Positions 46,182-54,775 of a stretch of DNA of 64,000 nucleotides are shown one piece after another. Numbering within the stretch: position 1 is the first letter of the stretch; every line of letters begins with the position of its first letter. This DNA is from an uncultured Acidobacteriota bacterium (GTDB lineage: Bacteria > Acidobacteriota > Thermoanaerobaculia > Multivoradales > UBA5704): the NCBI GenBank assembly GCA_963770895.1, contig CAVYRF010000001.1, positions 1,728,001-1,792,000 on the forward strand, in the 5' to 3' direction. Both the position numbers and the translations under genes were made by a program. The notes below the pieces were generated by a model. It was not told where the DNA came from. It was given only the letters and a program-made list of their open reading frames with translations, and made no database searches.

Positions 46182-48212
46182 GTGCCGGAACAGCCTGACC
46201 ACGACCAGCTTTTGAAAGCGGTCGCCGACGCGACGGCGGGCCTGCTCAGCCAGGGCGACGGCGCCGCCGCCGTTCTGATCCTGGAGCGCCTGGGCCTGCT
46301 GAAGGCGGCGGCCAGGAAGACCGCCGCCGCCTCGCCCGGCACGATCGGCGTGTGGGAGGCCGGGCCGCAGGGGCACCAGCGTTCGGCCGCGCGGCGCGAC
46401 GACTGGCATTTCTGGGCCGATGTCCAGTCCATTCCGCCCAAGGGGGAGCGGCCGCGGGTGGCGCTGGTGGGCGAATCGGTGGCCCGCGGTTTTCTCTACG
46501 ACCCGGCGTTCAATCCGGCCCAGGCCCTGGAGGCTTGCCTGACGGCGGCCCTCGGACAGCCGGTCGAAGTGCTCGACCTCGCCAAGATCGACCTGCTGCC
46601 CCAGGAGCTCATGAGCCTCACCGAGGCGGCGACCACGCTGGCGCCCGACGTGCTGGTGGTCTTCGCTGGCAATAACTGGTTCATGCACGACCAGCGCGAC
46701 CTGCCGATCGAAGCGGCCGCCCTGCGCGAGCGGGGAGCTGCCGGGCTCAAGGAGCTGCGCGAGCAGCGCCTGGCCGCCTTTGCCGCCGGCACTTTCCGGC
46801 AGCTGCTCACCGAGCTATCCCAGCGCCAGCCGCTGGTGGTGGTGGTTCCAGAGATCAACCTCGCCGACTGGCGCCTGGATGCGGAAGCGGATGCGCCCTG
46901 GCTGCCGGACGGACGCAACCGCCTCTGGCTGGAATGCCGCGCGGCGGCCCGCGCCGCGCTGGCCGCCGGTCGCCTGGACCAAGCGGCGGCCCTGGCGCGC
47001 CAGATGATCGACCTGGACGGCGGCACCGCGGCTTCCGGCTGGACCCTGCTGGCCGACTGCGCGCGCGCCACGGCAGAGACGGAAACCGCCCGCGCCTGCC
47101 TTGAAAAGGCGCGCGACGCTCACACCTGGGACTACACCCACCAGACGCCGCGGATTCTCTCTCTCGCCCAGGGCGCCTTGCGGGACTGCGCGCTGCCCGG
47201 CCGCATCGCAATCGTCGACCTGCCGCGCTGTTTCGCCGCCTGGCGCCCCGGCGAGCTCCCCGGCCGGCGCCTGTTCCTGGACTACTGCCACATGAGCGCG
47301 GAGGGGATCCGCGTCGCCATGGCGGCGACGGCATTACAGGTTGCGACGCTGCTGGACGCCAGCCGGCCGCTTCCGGCGCTGGCGAGCGTGGTCGAAGCTG
47401 CCCCCGCCCCCGACGCCCGCATCGAGGCGGCGGCCCAGTTTGCCGGGGCGCTCCATTCCGCGCATTGGGGCCAGGTGAGCCCGTTCGTCTCGGCTCTCTG
47501 TCACCAGGCCGCCCAGACGTCCCCCGAAATCGCCCAGGCGATGCGGCTCTACCTGGAATTGCAGGTCCGGCAGGCGCCGGTGTGGGCCTGCGCGGCGGCC
47601 GGGCAGCTGGCCGACGTGGCGCCGCCTTTCCTGCGCCGCTACATCCTGCATCCCCACAAAAGGCTTTTCGACCCGGTGCTGCTGCCGGCCATCGCCGGCG
47701 CGCTCGAAGAAACCGGCCTGCCCACGCTGGCCTTTCTCACCGAGCTGCGCCAGCAGGAGAGGAGCCTTTCCAACCGTCCGCGCAACCTCCTGGACCCCTA
47801 CCATCGCGCGTCCTGGGCGGACCTCGACTGGCTGGACTGGCCCAACCATTTCTGCCGCGCCTACAGCCCCAGGTCGCGCTACCCCTGGGTTTCCCGCACG
47901 CCGCGCGACCTGGCGTTCACCCTGACCTGCCGGCGCCGGCACGCGGCCGGCCCCAGCGAGTGCCACCTGTCGATCAACGGCACCTGCGCCGGACGCCTGT
48001 CCCTCACCGCCGGCTGGAGCACCTATCGCTTCAGCGCCCCCGCGGCGCTGGTGCAGGCCGGAGTGAACTGGCTGGAGATCGACTGGCCTGCCGATCCTGC
48101 GGATGGCGAACAGGCGATCGGCAGCATCGCTCATCAGCTGGAGCTTCGCCGCTACACCCCGCTGCTTCCGGTCTTTGCGGAGATCTATTCGCTGACCGCC
48201 GTCGAGACCTGA
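46182..48212 (+). CDS. SGNH-hydrolase-like protein with a TPR-like insert
   Basis: LVGESVARG (block I-like), FAGNNW (block III-like), FLDYCH (DxxH, block V); GGAGGAG RBS. Confidence 0.55.
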   Translation: MPEQPDHDQLLKAVADATAGLLSQGDGAAAVLILERLGLLKAAARKTAAASPGTIGVWEAGPQGHQRSAARRDDWHFWADVQSIPPKGERPRVALVGESVARGFLYDPAFNPAQALEACLTAALGQPVEVLDLAKIDLLPQELMSLTEAATTLAPDVLVVFAGNNWFMHDQRDLPIEAAALRERGAAGLKELREQRLAAFAAGTFRQLLTELSQRQPLVVVVPEINLADWRLDAEADAPWLPDGRNRLWLECRAAARAALAAGRLDQAAALARQMIDLDGGTAASGWTLLADCARATAETETARACLEKARDAHTWDYTHQTPRILSLAQGALRDCALPGRIAIVDLPRCFAAWRPGELPGRRLFLDYCHMSAEGIRVAMAATALQVATLLDASRPLPALASVVEAAPAPDARIEAAAQFAGALHSAHWGQVSPFVSALCHQAAQTSPEIAQAMRLYLELQVRQAPVWACAAAGQLADVAPPFLRRYILHPHKRLFDPVLLPAIAGALEETGLPTLAFLTELRQQERSLSNRPRNLLDPYHRASWADLDWLDWPNHFCRAYSPRSRYPWVSRTPRDLAFTLTCRRRHAAGPSECHLSINGTCAGRLSLTAGWSTYRFSAPAALVQAGVNWLEIDWPADPADGEQAIGSIAHQLELRRYTPLLPVFAEIYSLTAVET

Positions 48213-48224
48213 CCCCTCCGCGGA

Positions 48225-50642
48225 TTACCGCGAACGCAGCGTCGCCGCGGTGTCCAGCCGCAAGGAGCGTCGCGAGGCGCCCAGCCCGGCCAGCGCCGCC
48301 GTCGCCAGCAGCACGACCGCCACCAGGCAGAACACCAGCGGATCGCGTGCGTCGATGCCGTAGAGCAGGCTGGCTAAAAAGCGCACCAGGACGAGCGCCG
48401 CCGCAAGCCCCAGCCCGATGCCGATCAGGGTCAGCCTGAGCGGCTGCGCCAGCAGCGCACCGAGCACCTGCCGCACGCTGGCGCCGAGCGCCACGCGGAT
48501 GGCGATCTCGCGCGTCCGCAGCGAGGCGTTGTAGGCGATGACGCCGTAGATGCCGAGGGTGGCGAGCAGCAGGCCCGCCGAGCCGAAAAACAGGAACAGA
48601 AAGTTGAAGAATCGGTTGCGCGCGCCGGCGCTCTCGACCAGATCGGTCAAGGCGAAGCTCTTGAGGATCGGCTGGTTGGGATCCACGGCGGCGATCTGCC
48701 GCTGCACCGCGACCTGCGGGATCTGCTGCGCGCCGGCGGTGCGCAAGACCACCACCATGCTGCTGTGCGGCAGCTGCAGGAAGGGAGCGTAGATCGCCGG
48801 CTCGGGGTCCGACTTGAGATCGGTGATGCGAGTGTCGCCCACCACGCCGACGACCTCGTAGGCCGTCTTGACGCTGCCGCGCACGGCCAGCATCAGGCGG
48901 CTGCCCAAGGGCTCGCGGTGGGCGAAGAAGCGGTCGGCCATGCGCTGGTTGATGACCACGACCGGTTGGGCGGCGGCGCCGTCCCGGTCGCTGACGTCGC
49001 GGCCCTTGATCAGCGGAATGCCCATGGTGTGGAAGTAACCGGGGGAGACGGCGCTGAACTGCGCGAAGACCCCGGCGGTCGGCGCCGCCGGGTCCGGCTT
49101 TTCAAGATCGAAGGCCTGGAGGTTGCGGCCGAAGGTTTCGAGCGGCACGCTGCTGGCGGCTGCCACGGCGCGCACACCCGGATAGGCCCGCAGCCGGTCG
49201 AGCAGCTGGGTGACGAACTGCACCCGGTCCGCGTCGCGGTCGTAGTGCTTGGGCGGTAGCGCGATCTCGATGCCGCTGGCACCCGCGGGCTGGAACCCCA
49301 GGTTCACCCCCTGCAGCCTGGCTGAGCTCAGCAGCATCAGGCCGGCGCCGATCAACAGGATGGTGGCGAGCGTGCTTTCGGCCATGACCAGGGCGGCGCG
49401 GAAGCGGCCGGCGCCGCGGCCCGACGAAGCTCCCGCCTGGTCCTTGAGGGCCTGCTGCACGCCGGCCCGCGCCATGCGCAGGCCCGGCGCCGCGCCGCAG
49501 GCGATTCCCGCCACCACCACCAGGCACAGGGCGAAGGCCAGCACCCATGGATCCACCCGGATCGTGCCCGCCAGCGGCAGCAGGCGCGGATTGCTGGCGA
49601 GCGCCGCGTGCAGCCCCCAGCTCGCCAGCGCCACGCCGACCACGCCGCCGGCCACCGCCACCACCAGGCTCTCGACCAGGAACAGCCGGAACAGGCTGCC
49701 GTCGCCGGCGCCGAGCGCGATGCGCAGCGCCGTTTCGTGACCCCGCGCCGCGGCCCGCACCAGGAACAGGTTGGTGACGTTGGTGCAGGCGATCAGCAGC
49801 ACCAGCAGGGCGGCGCCGAACAGCAGCAGCAGCGCCGGCCGGACCCGCCGCACCGTGCTGTCGCGCAGATCCTGCACGTCGCAGGACCAACCCCGGTTGG
49901 AGACCGGGTAGGCCGTCTCGAGATGCCGCGCCAGGGCGTTGATCTCCTGGCGCGCCTGGGCCAGCGAGGCGCCGGGCGCCAGCCTGCCGACGACCTGAAG
50001 GTAGTGGCTCTGGCGGTCGTCGGCGCCGCCGGGCGCCGGCAGCGCCAGCCACAGCTCGGTCGCCGCGCTGGGGAAGGCGAAATCCGCCGGCATGATGCCG
50101 ACGACGGCATAGGCGTCGTCGTCCAGCCGCAGGACCTTGCCGAGGACCGCCGGATCGCCGCCCAGGCGCCGCCGCCAGAACTCGTGGCTGACCACCACCG
50201 CCCGCGCCTGGCCGGGTTCCTGGTCTTGCGGCAGGAGCGTCCGGCCGCGGTCCGCCGCGGTGCCCAGCAGGTGGAACAGCTCGGGAGATACGGCGGCGAT
50301 GGGCACCGCCAGCGGCTCCTCGCCCCGCGTCCAGTTGGCGTTCCGGCTGGTGGCGGCGGCGAGCCCGCTCAGCGTGCGCAGCTGAGCACGGTAGTCGTAG
50401 AAGTCGCCAAGCGCCAGGCCGGCGCCCTCCAGCCCCCGCTCCAGGTTGGCGGCGCTGACCTGCACCAGGCGGTCGGCGTCCCGGTAGGGGAGGGGCCGCA
50501 GCAGCACGGCATACACGACGCTGAAGATCATCGTGCCGGCGCCAATGCCCAGCGCCAGGGTGGCTACCGAAACCAGGGAAAAGCTGGGCCGCTTGCGCAG
50601 CGCGCGGAAGGCTATCCGAAGTTCGCGAAGTACCGCCGCCAT
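48225..50642 (-). CDS. Duplicated MacB/FtsX-type ABC permease (ADOP-like)
   Basis: ALRKRPSFS..TLALGIGA, LLIACTNVTNL, E.ALRIALGA, REIAIRVALGA; no cognate ATPase adjacent. Confidence 0.88.
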   Translation of the reverse strand: MAAVLRELRIAFRALRKRPSFSLVSVATLALGIGAGTMIFSVVYAVLLRPLPYRDADRLVQVSAANLERGLEGAGLALGDFYDYRAQLRTLSGLAAATSRNANWTRGEEPLAVPIAAVSPELFHLLGTAADRGRTLLPQDQEPGQARAVVVSHEFWRRRLGGDPAVLGKVLRLDDDAYAVVGIMPADFAFPSAATELWLALPAPGGADDRQSHYLQVVGRLAPGASLAQARQEINALARHLETAYPVSNRGWSCDVQDLRDSTVRRVRPALLLLFGAALLVLLIACTNVTNLFLVRAAARGHETALRIALGAGDGSLFRLFLVESLVVAVAGGVVGVALASWGLHAALASNPRLLPLAGTIRVDPWVLAFALCLVVVAGIACGAAPGLRMARAGVQQALKDQAGASSGRGAGRFRAALVMAESTLATILLIGAGLMLLSSARLQGVNLGFQPAGASGIEIALPPKHYDRDADRVQFVTQLLDRLRAYPGVRAVAAASSVPLETFGRNLQAFDLEKPDPAAPTAGVFAQFSAVSPGYFHTMGIPLIKGRDVSDRDGAAAQPVVVINQRMADRFFAHREPLGSRLMLAVRGSVKTAYEVVGVVGDTRITDLKSDPEPAIYAPFLQLPHSSMVVVLRTAGAQQIPQVAVQRQIAAVDPNQPILKSFALTDLVESAGARNRFFNFLFLFFGSAGLLLATLGIYGVIAYNASLRTREIAIRVALGASVRQVLGALLAQPLRLTLIGIGLGLAAALVLVRFLASLLYGIDARDPLVFCLVAVVLLATAALAGLGASRRSLRLDTAATLRSR

Positions 50643-50715
50643 GGTCACCTCGTCGTCCTGGTTCACCAGCAGATCGACAGCTAAGCAGTGTAGCAGGCTC
50701 GCGTCGTAGCGGGCG

Positions 50716-51903
50716 TCATGCCGGCGGCACGCCGGCCGCCTGCTGCGGCCGCCAGCCGCAGGTGCGATCGTACGCGGCCGCGAGACGCACCGGAGCGCTG
50801 GCGTCCGCCAGGTCTTCCAGGCGCAGCGTGGCGAGCGCGGCGATGACCAGGGCGCGGTCGCGCGGCGTCGCCAGCGGCGGCCGGCGGTCGTCGTCGAAGC
50901 GTCCCAGGTTGGCTGCCGCGGCATGGACCAGCGCCCGCAGCACGGCAAAGGCGCCGTCCGACAGCGGCGGCGTGCCGCGATACACCTGCAGGCGGCCGGC
51001 CGGCCGGTAGCGCGGGAAGTCCTCGAGGCCCAGGAAGCGCAGCAGCCAGTCGGGACGGAAGCGGCCCAGGGCCGAGCCGATGCCGACAAAGTCGGCGATC
51101 AGCTCGTCGAGCAGGTTGTTGCGCATGACGCCGAACAGCCGGCGGGTGAAGTAGTGCGCTCCTTCGTGCTCGCGGCGGATGGCGAGCGACAGCTGCCGCC
51201 ATCGGCCGCCGTCCACGCCCAGCTGCTCGGCGGGCACGGCGCTGTACGGGCCGTCGCTGAGCAGGATGAGACGGTCCTGGTAGAGGTCCTTTTGCGGCCG
51301 CAGCCGCTCCATCTCCGCGGCCCAGGAGGCGGTCGCCCGCAGCGCGGCGGGCGTCGCCTCCCATGCCCGGCGCAGCTCGTGGAGCCGCGCCCAGTTGACG
51401 TAGCCGGAGATCATCTGGGCGCCCATCGCCTCGGGCACCGGCCACGGCTCGTTGCGCCGGCTGAGCGCCTGGACCAGCAGCACGAAGTCCTGGCGGCAGC
51501 CGGCGACGAGCAGGGGGATCCTGCCGGCGGGGCTCTGGTGCAGGACGATCTGCAACCGCTCCGGGGCGCTGAGCGTCAGGCCCTGGCCGCCCGGCGGCGG
51601 GTCGGGCGCCACGCCCTGCCGCGTCGCCGCCAGGTAGGGAGCGGTCTGGCTGATGCCCGCGGCGACGGGGAAGCGCAGCTGCGGCAGCTTGGCGCGCAGC
51701 ACCGCGAAGCTGCCGCGGTCGGCGGCCTCCAGGACACAGCTCTCCCAGAAGGCGATGAACGGTTCGTCGGCCAGGGGCAGCCGCGGCGCCGCGAAGATCG
51801 CCTCGCTGGCGAACAGGTTTTCGTTGTAGGCCAGGAGCTCCGCCACCTCGCCGGCGGCGGCGCCGAAGGTCGTCAGGGTGCCAGCTTGCCGAGCTTCAGC
51901 CAT
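50716..51903 (-). CDS. Hypothetical protein with an HExxH motif (DUF7005-like)
   Basis: LILLSDGPYSAV, IRREHEGAHYFT..DELIAD. Confidence 0.65.
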   Translation of the reverse strand: MAEARQAGTLTTFGAAAGEVAELLAYNENLFASEAIFAAPRLPLADEPFIAFWESCVLEAADRGSFAVLRAKLPQLRFPVAAGISQTAPYLAATRQGVAPDPPPGGQGLTLSAPERLQIVLHQSPAGRIPLLVAGCRQDFVLLVQALSRRNEPWPVPEAMGAQMISGYVNWARLHELRRAWEATPAALRATASWAAEMERLRPQKDLYQDRLILLSDGPYSAVPAEQLGVDGGRWRQLSLAIRREHEGAHYFTRRLFGVMRNNLLDELIADFVGIGSALGRFRPDWLLRFLGLEDFPRYRPAGRLQVYRGTPPLSDGAFAVLRALVHAAAANLGRFDDDRRPPLATPRDRALVIAALATLRLEDLADASAPVRLAAAYDRTCGWRPQQAAGVPPA

Positions 51904-51932
51904 CGCTATAGCATATGGTGGAGAGAGCGAGC

Positions 51933-53537
51933 ATGAAAGTATTGTCGGGCCAGGGCAACCGGGTCAGAGAGGGGTGGGGAGGCCGGCTGCTGGCGCTGCT
52001 GACCTGCGGCACCGTGGCCCTGGGAACAGCCGGCGGCCAGCTGCCCGCCGCCGCCCCGGCGCCCGCTCCAGGCCTCGGCCTGCTCGAGTCGGTGCGCCTG
52101 ATGCTCGCCAACGACCCCAACGTGGTGGTGGCACGCGCACACCTGACCAGCGCCCTGGGCGCACTGTCGGTGCAGAGCGGCACCTTCGACTCGGTGATCA
52201 CCGCCAGCACCTCCTACAGCGACACCCGCACGCCGGTCTTCAGCTTTCCCGCGGACCGCGAAACCGCCCTCACCAGCACCCTGGGCCTGACCCAGGAGCT
52301 GCGCTCCGGCACCACCCTGACGCCGCAGGTGAGCCTCAGCAGCGACAGCGAAAACACCGCGCTCAGCGGTCTGTCCGGTCCGCCGGTGATCTTCAATACC
52401 GCCAACGTCTCCTTCGCGCTGCGCCAGCCGCTGCTGCGCGGCCGCGGCGTCAAGGTGGCGGACGCTCCCGAGCGTGCGGCGCAGCGCGAAGCCGAAGCTG
52501 CCGCCCTCGACCTGCGGTTCACCGTCTCGCAGCGCATCCTCACCGTGGCGACGCAGTACTGGACGGCCATGGCCGCCCGCTACAGCCTCGACATCCTGCG
52601 CACCAACGAAGAGACCTCGCGCCGGCTGCTGACCACCACGCGGCGCCTGATCGAAGCCGACATCACGGCGCCGGCCGAAGCGGTGCAGCTGGAGGCCAAC
52701 CTGGCCGCCGCCGAGGCTTCCCGCGTCGCCGGCGAAAACGCGCTGTTCCGGGCGCGCCAGGACCTGGGCCGCGAGATCGGGCTCGACGGCGCCCGCACCG
52801 CGGCGCTGCCGGCGCCGGCCGGCCCCTTCCCGGAGCTGGCGCCGGGCGCCTTGGACAGCGCCGGCGCGGCGCGCTTCGTCGCCGCCGCGCTGCGCCGCCG
52901 CGCCGACCTGCAGGCGGCGCGCAAGCGCCTGGAAGAAAGCGACATGCTGGTCACGGCCGCCGCCAACGCGCTGCTGCCGCAGCTCGATCTGGTGCTCACG
53001 CCGAGCTATTCCGGGCTGATGGGCGGCGGCGGCGTCGCCGCGTCCCTCGCCGCGCTGACGCACCAGATCCCCGGCGTCAGCTCGTTGCTGTCGCTCAATC
53101 TCACCTGGCCGGTGCGCCGCGACGCGGCCTACGGCCAGTGGCTGCAGGCGACCGCCACGCGGCAGCAGAACGCGGCGCTGCTCGACCAGCTGGAAAAAAG
53201 CGTCGGCACCGACGTCCCCACCGACGTGGACACCGTGGCCCGCGGCGCCCAGCAGCTGGACCGGGCGCACGCGGCGGTCCATCTGTTCGAACGCGCGGTG
53301 GCCAACGAGGAGCGCAAGCTGCGCGCCGGCAGCTCGACGGTGCTGGACGTCATCACCCAGCAGGACCGGCTGCTGACCGCGGCGCAGACCGAGGTGGCGG
53401 CGGAGCTGTCGCTGGCCCAGGCGCTGGCGCAGCTGCGCTTCGCCACCGGCACGCTGATGGCCGAGAGCGGCGACCTGGAGGTGGTGGACGCCGACCGCAT
53501 CACCAGCGTACCGGCAGGCCAGGAGACGAGCCCATGA
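51933..53537 (+). CDS. TolC family outer-membrane efflux protein
   Basis: Signal peptide; RQPLLRG, LLPQLDL, EERKLRAGSSTVLDV; first gene of the exporter operon. Confidence 0.85.
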   Translation: MKVLSGQGNRVREGWGGRLLALLTCGTVALGTAGGQLPAAAPAPAPGLGLLESVRLMLANDPNVVVARAHLTSALGALSVQSGTFDSVITASTSYSDTRTPVFSFPADRETALTSTLGLTQELRSGTTLTPQVSLSSDSENTALSGLSGPPVIFNTANVSFALRQPLLRGRGVKVADAPERAAQREAEAAALDLRFTVSQRILTVATQYWTAMAARYSLDILRTNEETSRRLLTTTRRLIEADITAPAEAVQLEANLAAAEASRVAGENALFRARQDLGREIGLDGARTAALPAPAGPFPELAPGALDSAGAARFVAAALRRRADLQAARKRLEESDMLVTAAANALLPQLDLVLTPSYSGLMGGGGVAASLAALTHQIPGVSSLLSLNLTWPVRRDAAYGQWLQATATRQQNAALLDQLEKSVGTDVPTDVDTVARGAQQLDRAHAAVHLFERAVANEERKLRAGSSTVLDVITQQDRLLTAAQTEVAAELSLAQALAQLRFATGTLMAESGDLEVVDADRITSVPAGQETSP

Positions 53538-54775
53538 TCTTCCGCAAGGTGGCGCTGGAGCGCCTGTCGTCGCCCGAGCAGCTGGACCAGCTCCTGGAAG
53601 TCACCACGCCCATCGGCTGGCTGGCGCTCGCGGCGCTCGGCGCGCTGGTGGCGGCGGGGATGGCCTGGGCGCTGTTCGGCTCCATCCCGACGCTGGCCGC
53701 CGGCGAAGGCATCCTGCTGCGCCGCAGCGGCGTCATGGACTTGGTGGCGACCGCCGGCGGCCAGGTCGACGAAGTGCTGGTCCACGTCGGCGACGTGATC
53801 GAAAAGGGCCAGCGCGTGGCCTCCATCCGCCAGCAGGGGCTGCTGCGCCAGATGGAAGACCTGCGCGGCAAGCGCGCGGTCCTCGACCAGGAGTACCAGG
53901 CGCTGCTGCGGTTCACCGCCGGGCAGCAGCAGCTCAAGCAGAGCGAGCTCGAGCAGCAGCGCGCCAACCTGCAGCGCACCGTGGCCGCGCTGGGCAGAAA
54001 CGTGCAGCTGCTGGTCGAGCGCGTCACCGCCGAGCAGAAGCTGGTCGACGACGGATTGATCACCAAGCAGACCCTGCTGGCCTCCGAGCAGAGCTTGAAC
54101 ACCGGCCGCGACCAGCTGGCCGCCGCCCGCGTCGACCTCGCCGACCTCGAGCTCAAGCGGCGGGAATCGGAGGAGGCGCAAAAGGAGCAGCTGCTGGCGC
54201 GCAGCGCCCTGATCCGCGACCTGGACTCGCAGATCCACGAGCTGCAGGCCAGACTGCGCGAAGACGTCGACGTGGTTTCGCCCTACCGCGGCCGGGTGCT
54301 CGAACTGATGGTCAATCGCGGCGACCTGGTCAACCCGGGAGCGCCGATGCTCAACCTGGAGATGATCGGCGACGATCTGCTGGCGGTCCTCTTCGTGCCG
54401 GCGACGATGGGCAAGCGGGTGCAGCAGGGGATGCTGGTGCGGATCTCGCCGTCGACCGTCAACAGCGAAGAATACGGCTACATGCTCGGGCGGGTGAACT
54501 GGGTCGCCGACTACCCGTCCACGGCGCGCGGCATGACCCGCCTGCTGGCCAACGAAGCGCTGGTCAACCGCCTGATGGCGGCCGGGCCGCCGGTGCAGGT
54601 CAACGTGGCGCTGATCGCCGACGCCGCGACGCCGACCGGCTACCGGTGGTCGTCGATGCGCGGCCCCAGCCTCAAGATCAGCAGCGGCACGCTGGCCTCC
54701 GGCAGCATCGTGGTGCGCCAGGACCATCCCCTGCACCTGCTGGTGCCGACGGTGCGCGAGCGGCTCGGTGTCTGA
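53534..54775 (+). CDS. NHLM bacteriocin system secretion protein (HlyD-like)
   Basis: MIFRKVALERLSSPEQLDQLL signature; coiled coil; TPTGYRWSS; ATGA overlap with the TolC gene. Confidence 0.9.
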   Translation: MIFRKVALERLSSPEQLDQLLEVTTPIGWLALAALGALVAAGMAWALFGSIPTLAAGEGILLRRSGVMDLVATAGGQVDEVLVHVGDVIEKGQRVASIRQQGLLRQMEDLRGKRAVLDQEYQALLRFTAGQQQLKQSELEQQRANLQRTVAALGRNVQLLVERVTAEQKLVDDGLITKQTLLASEQSLNTGRDQLAAARVDLADLELKRRESEEAQKEQLLARSALIRDLDSQIHELQARLREDVDVVSPYRGRVLELMVNRGDLVNPGAPMLNLEMIGDDLLAVLFVPATMGKRVQQGMLVRISPSTVNSEEYGYMLGRVNWVADYPSTARGMTRLLANEALVNRLMAAGPPVQVNVALIADAATPTGYRWSSMRGPSLKISSGTLASGSIVVRQDHPLHLLVPTVRERLGV

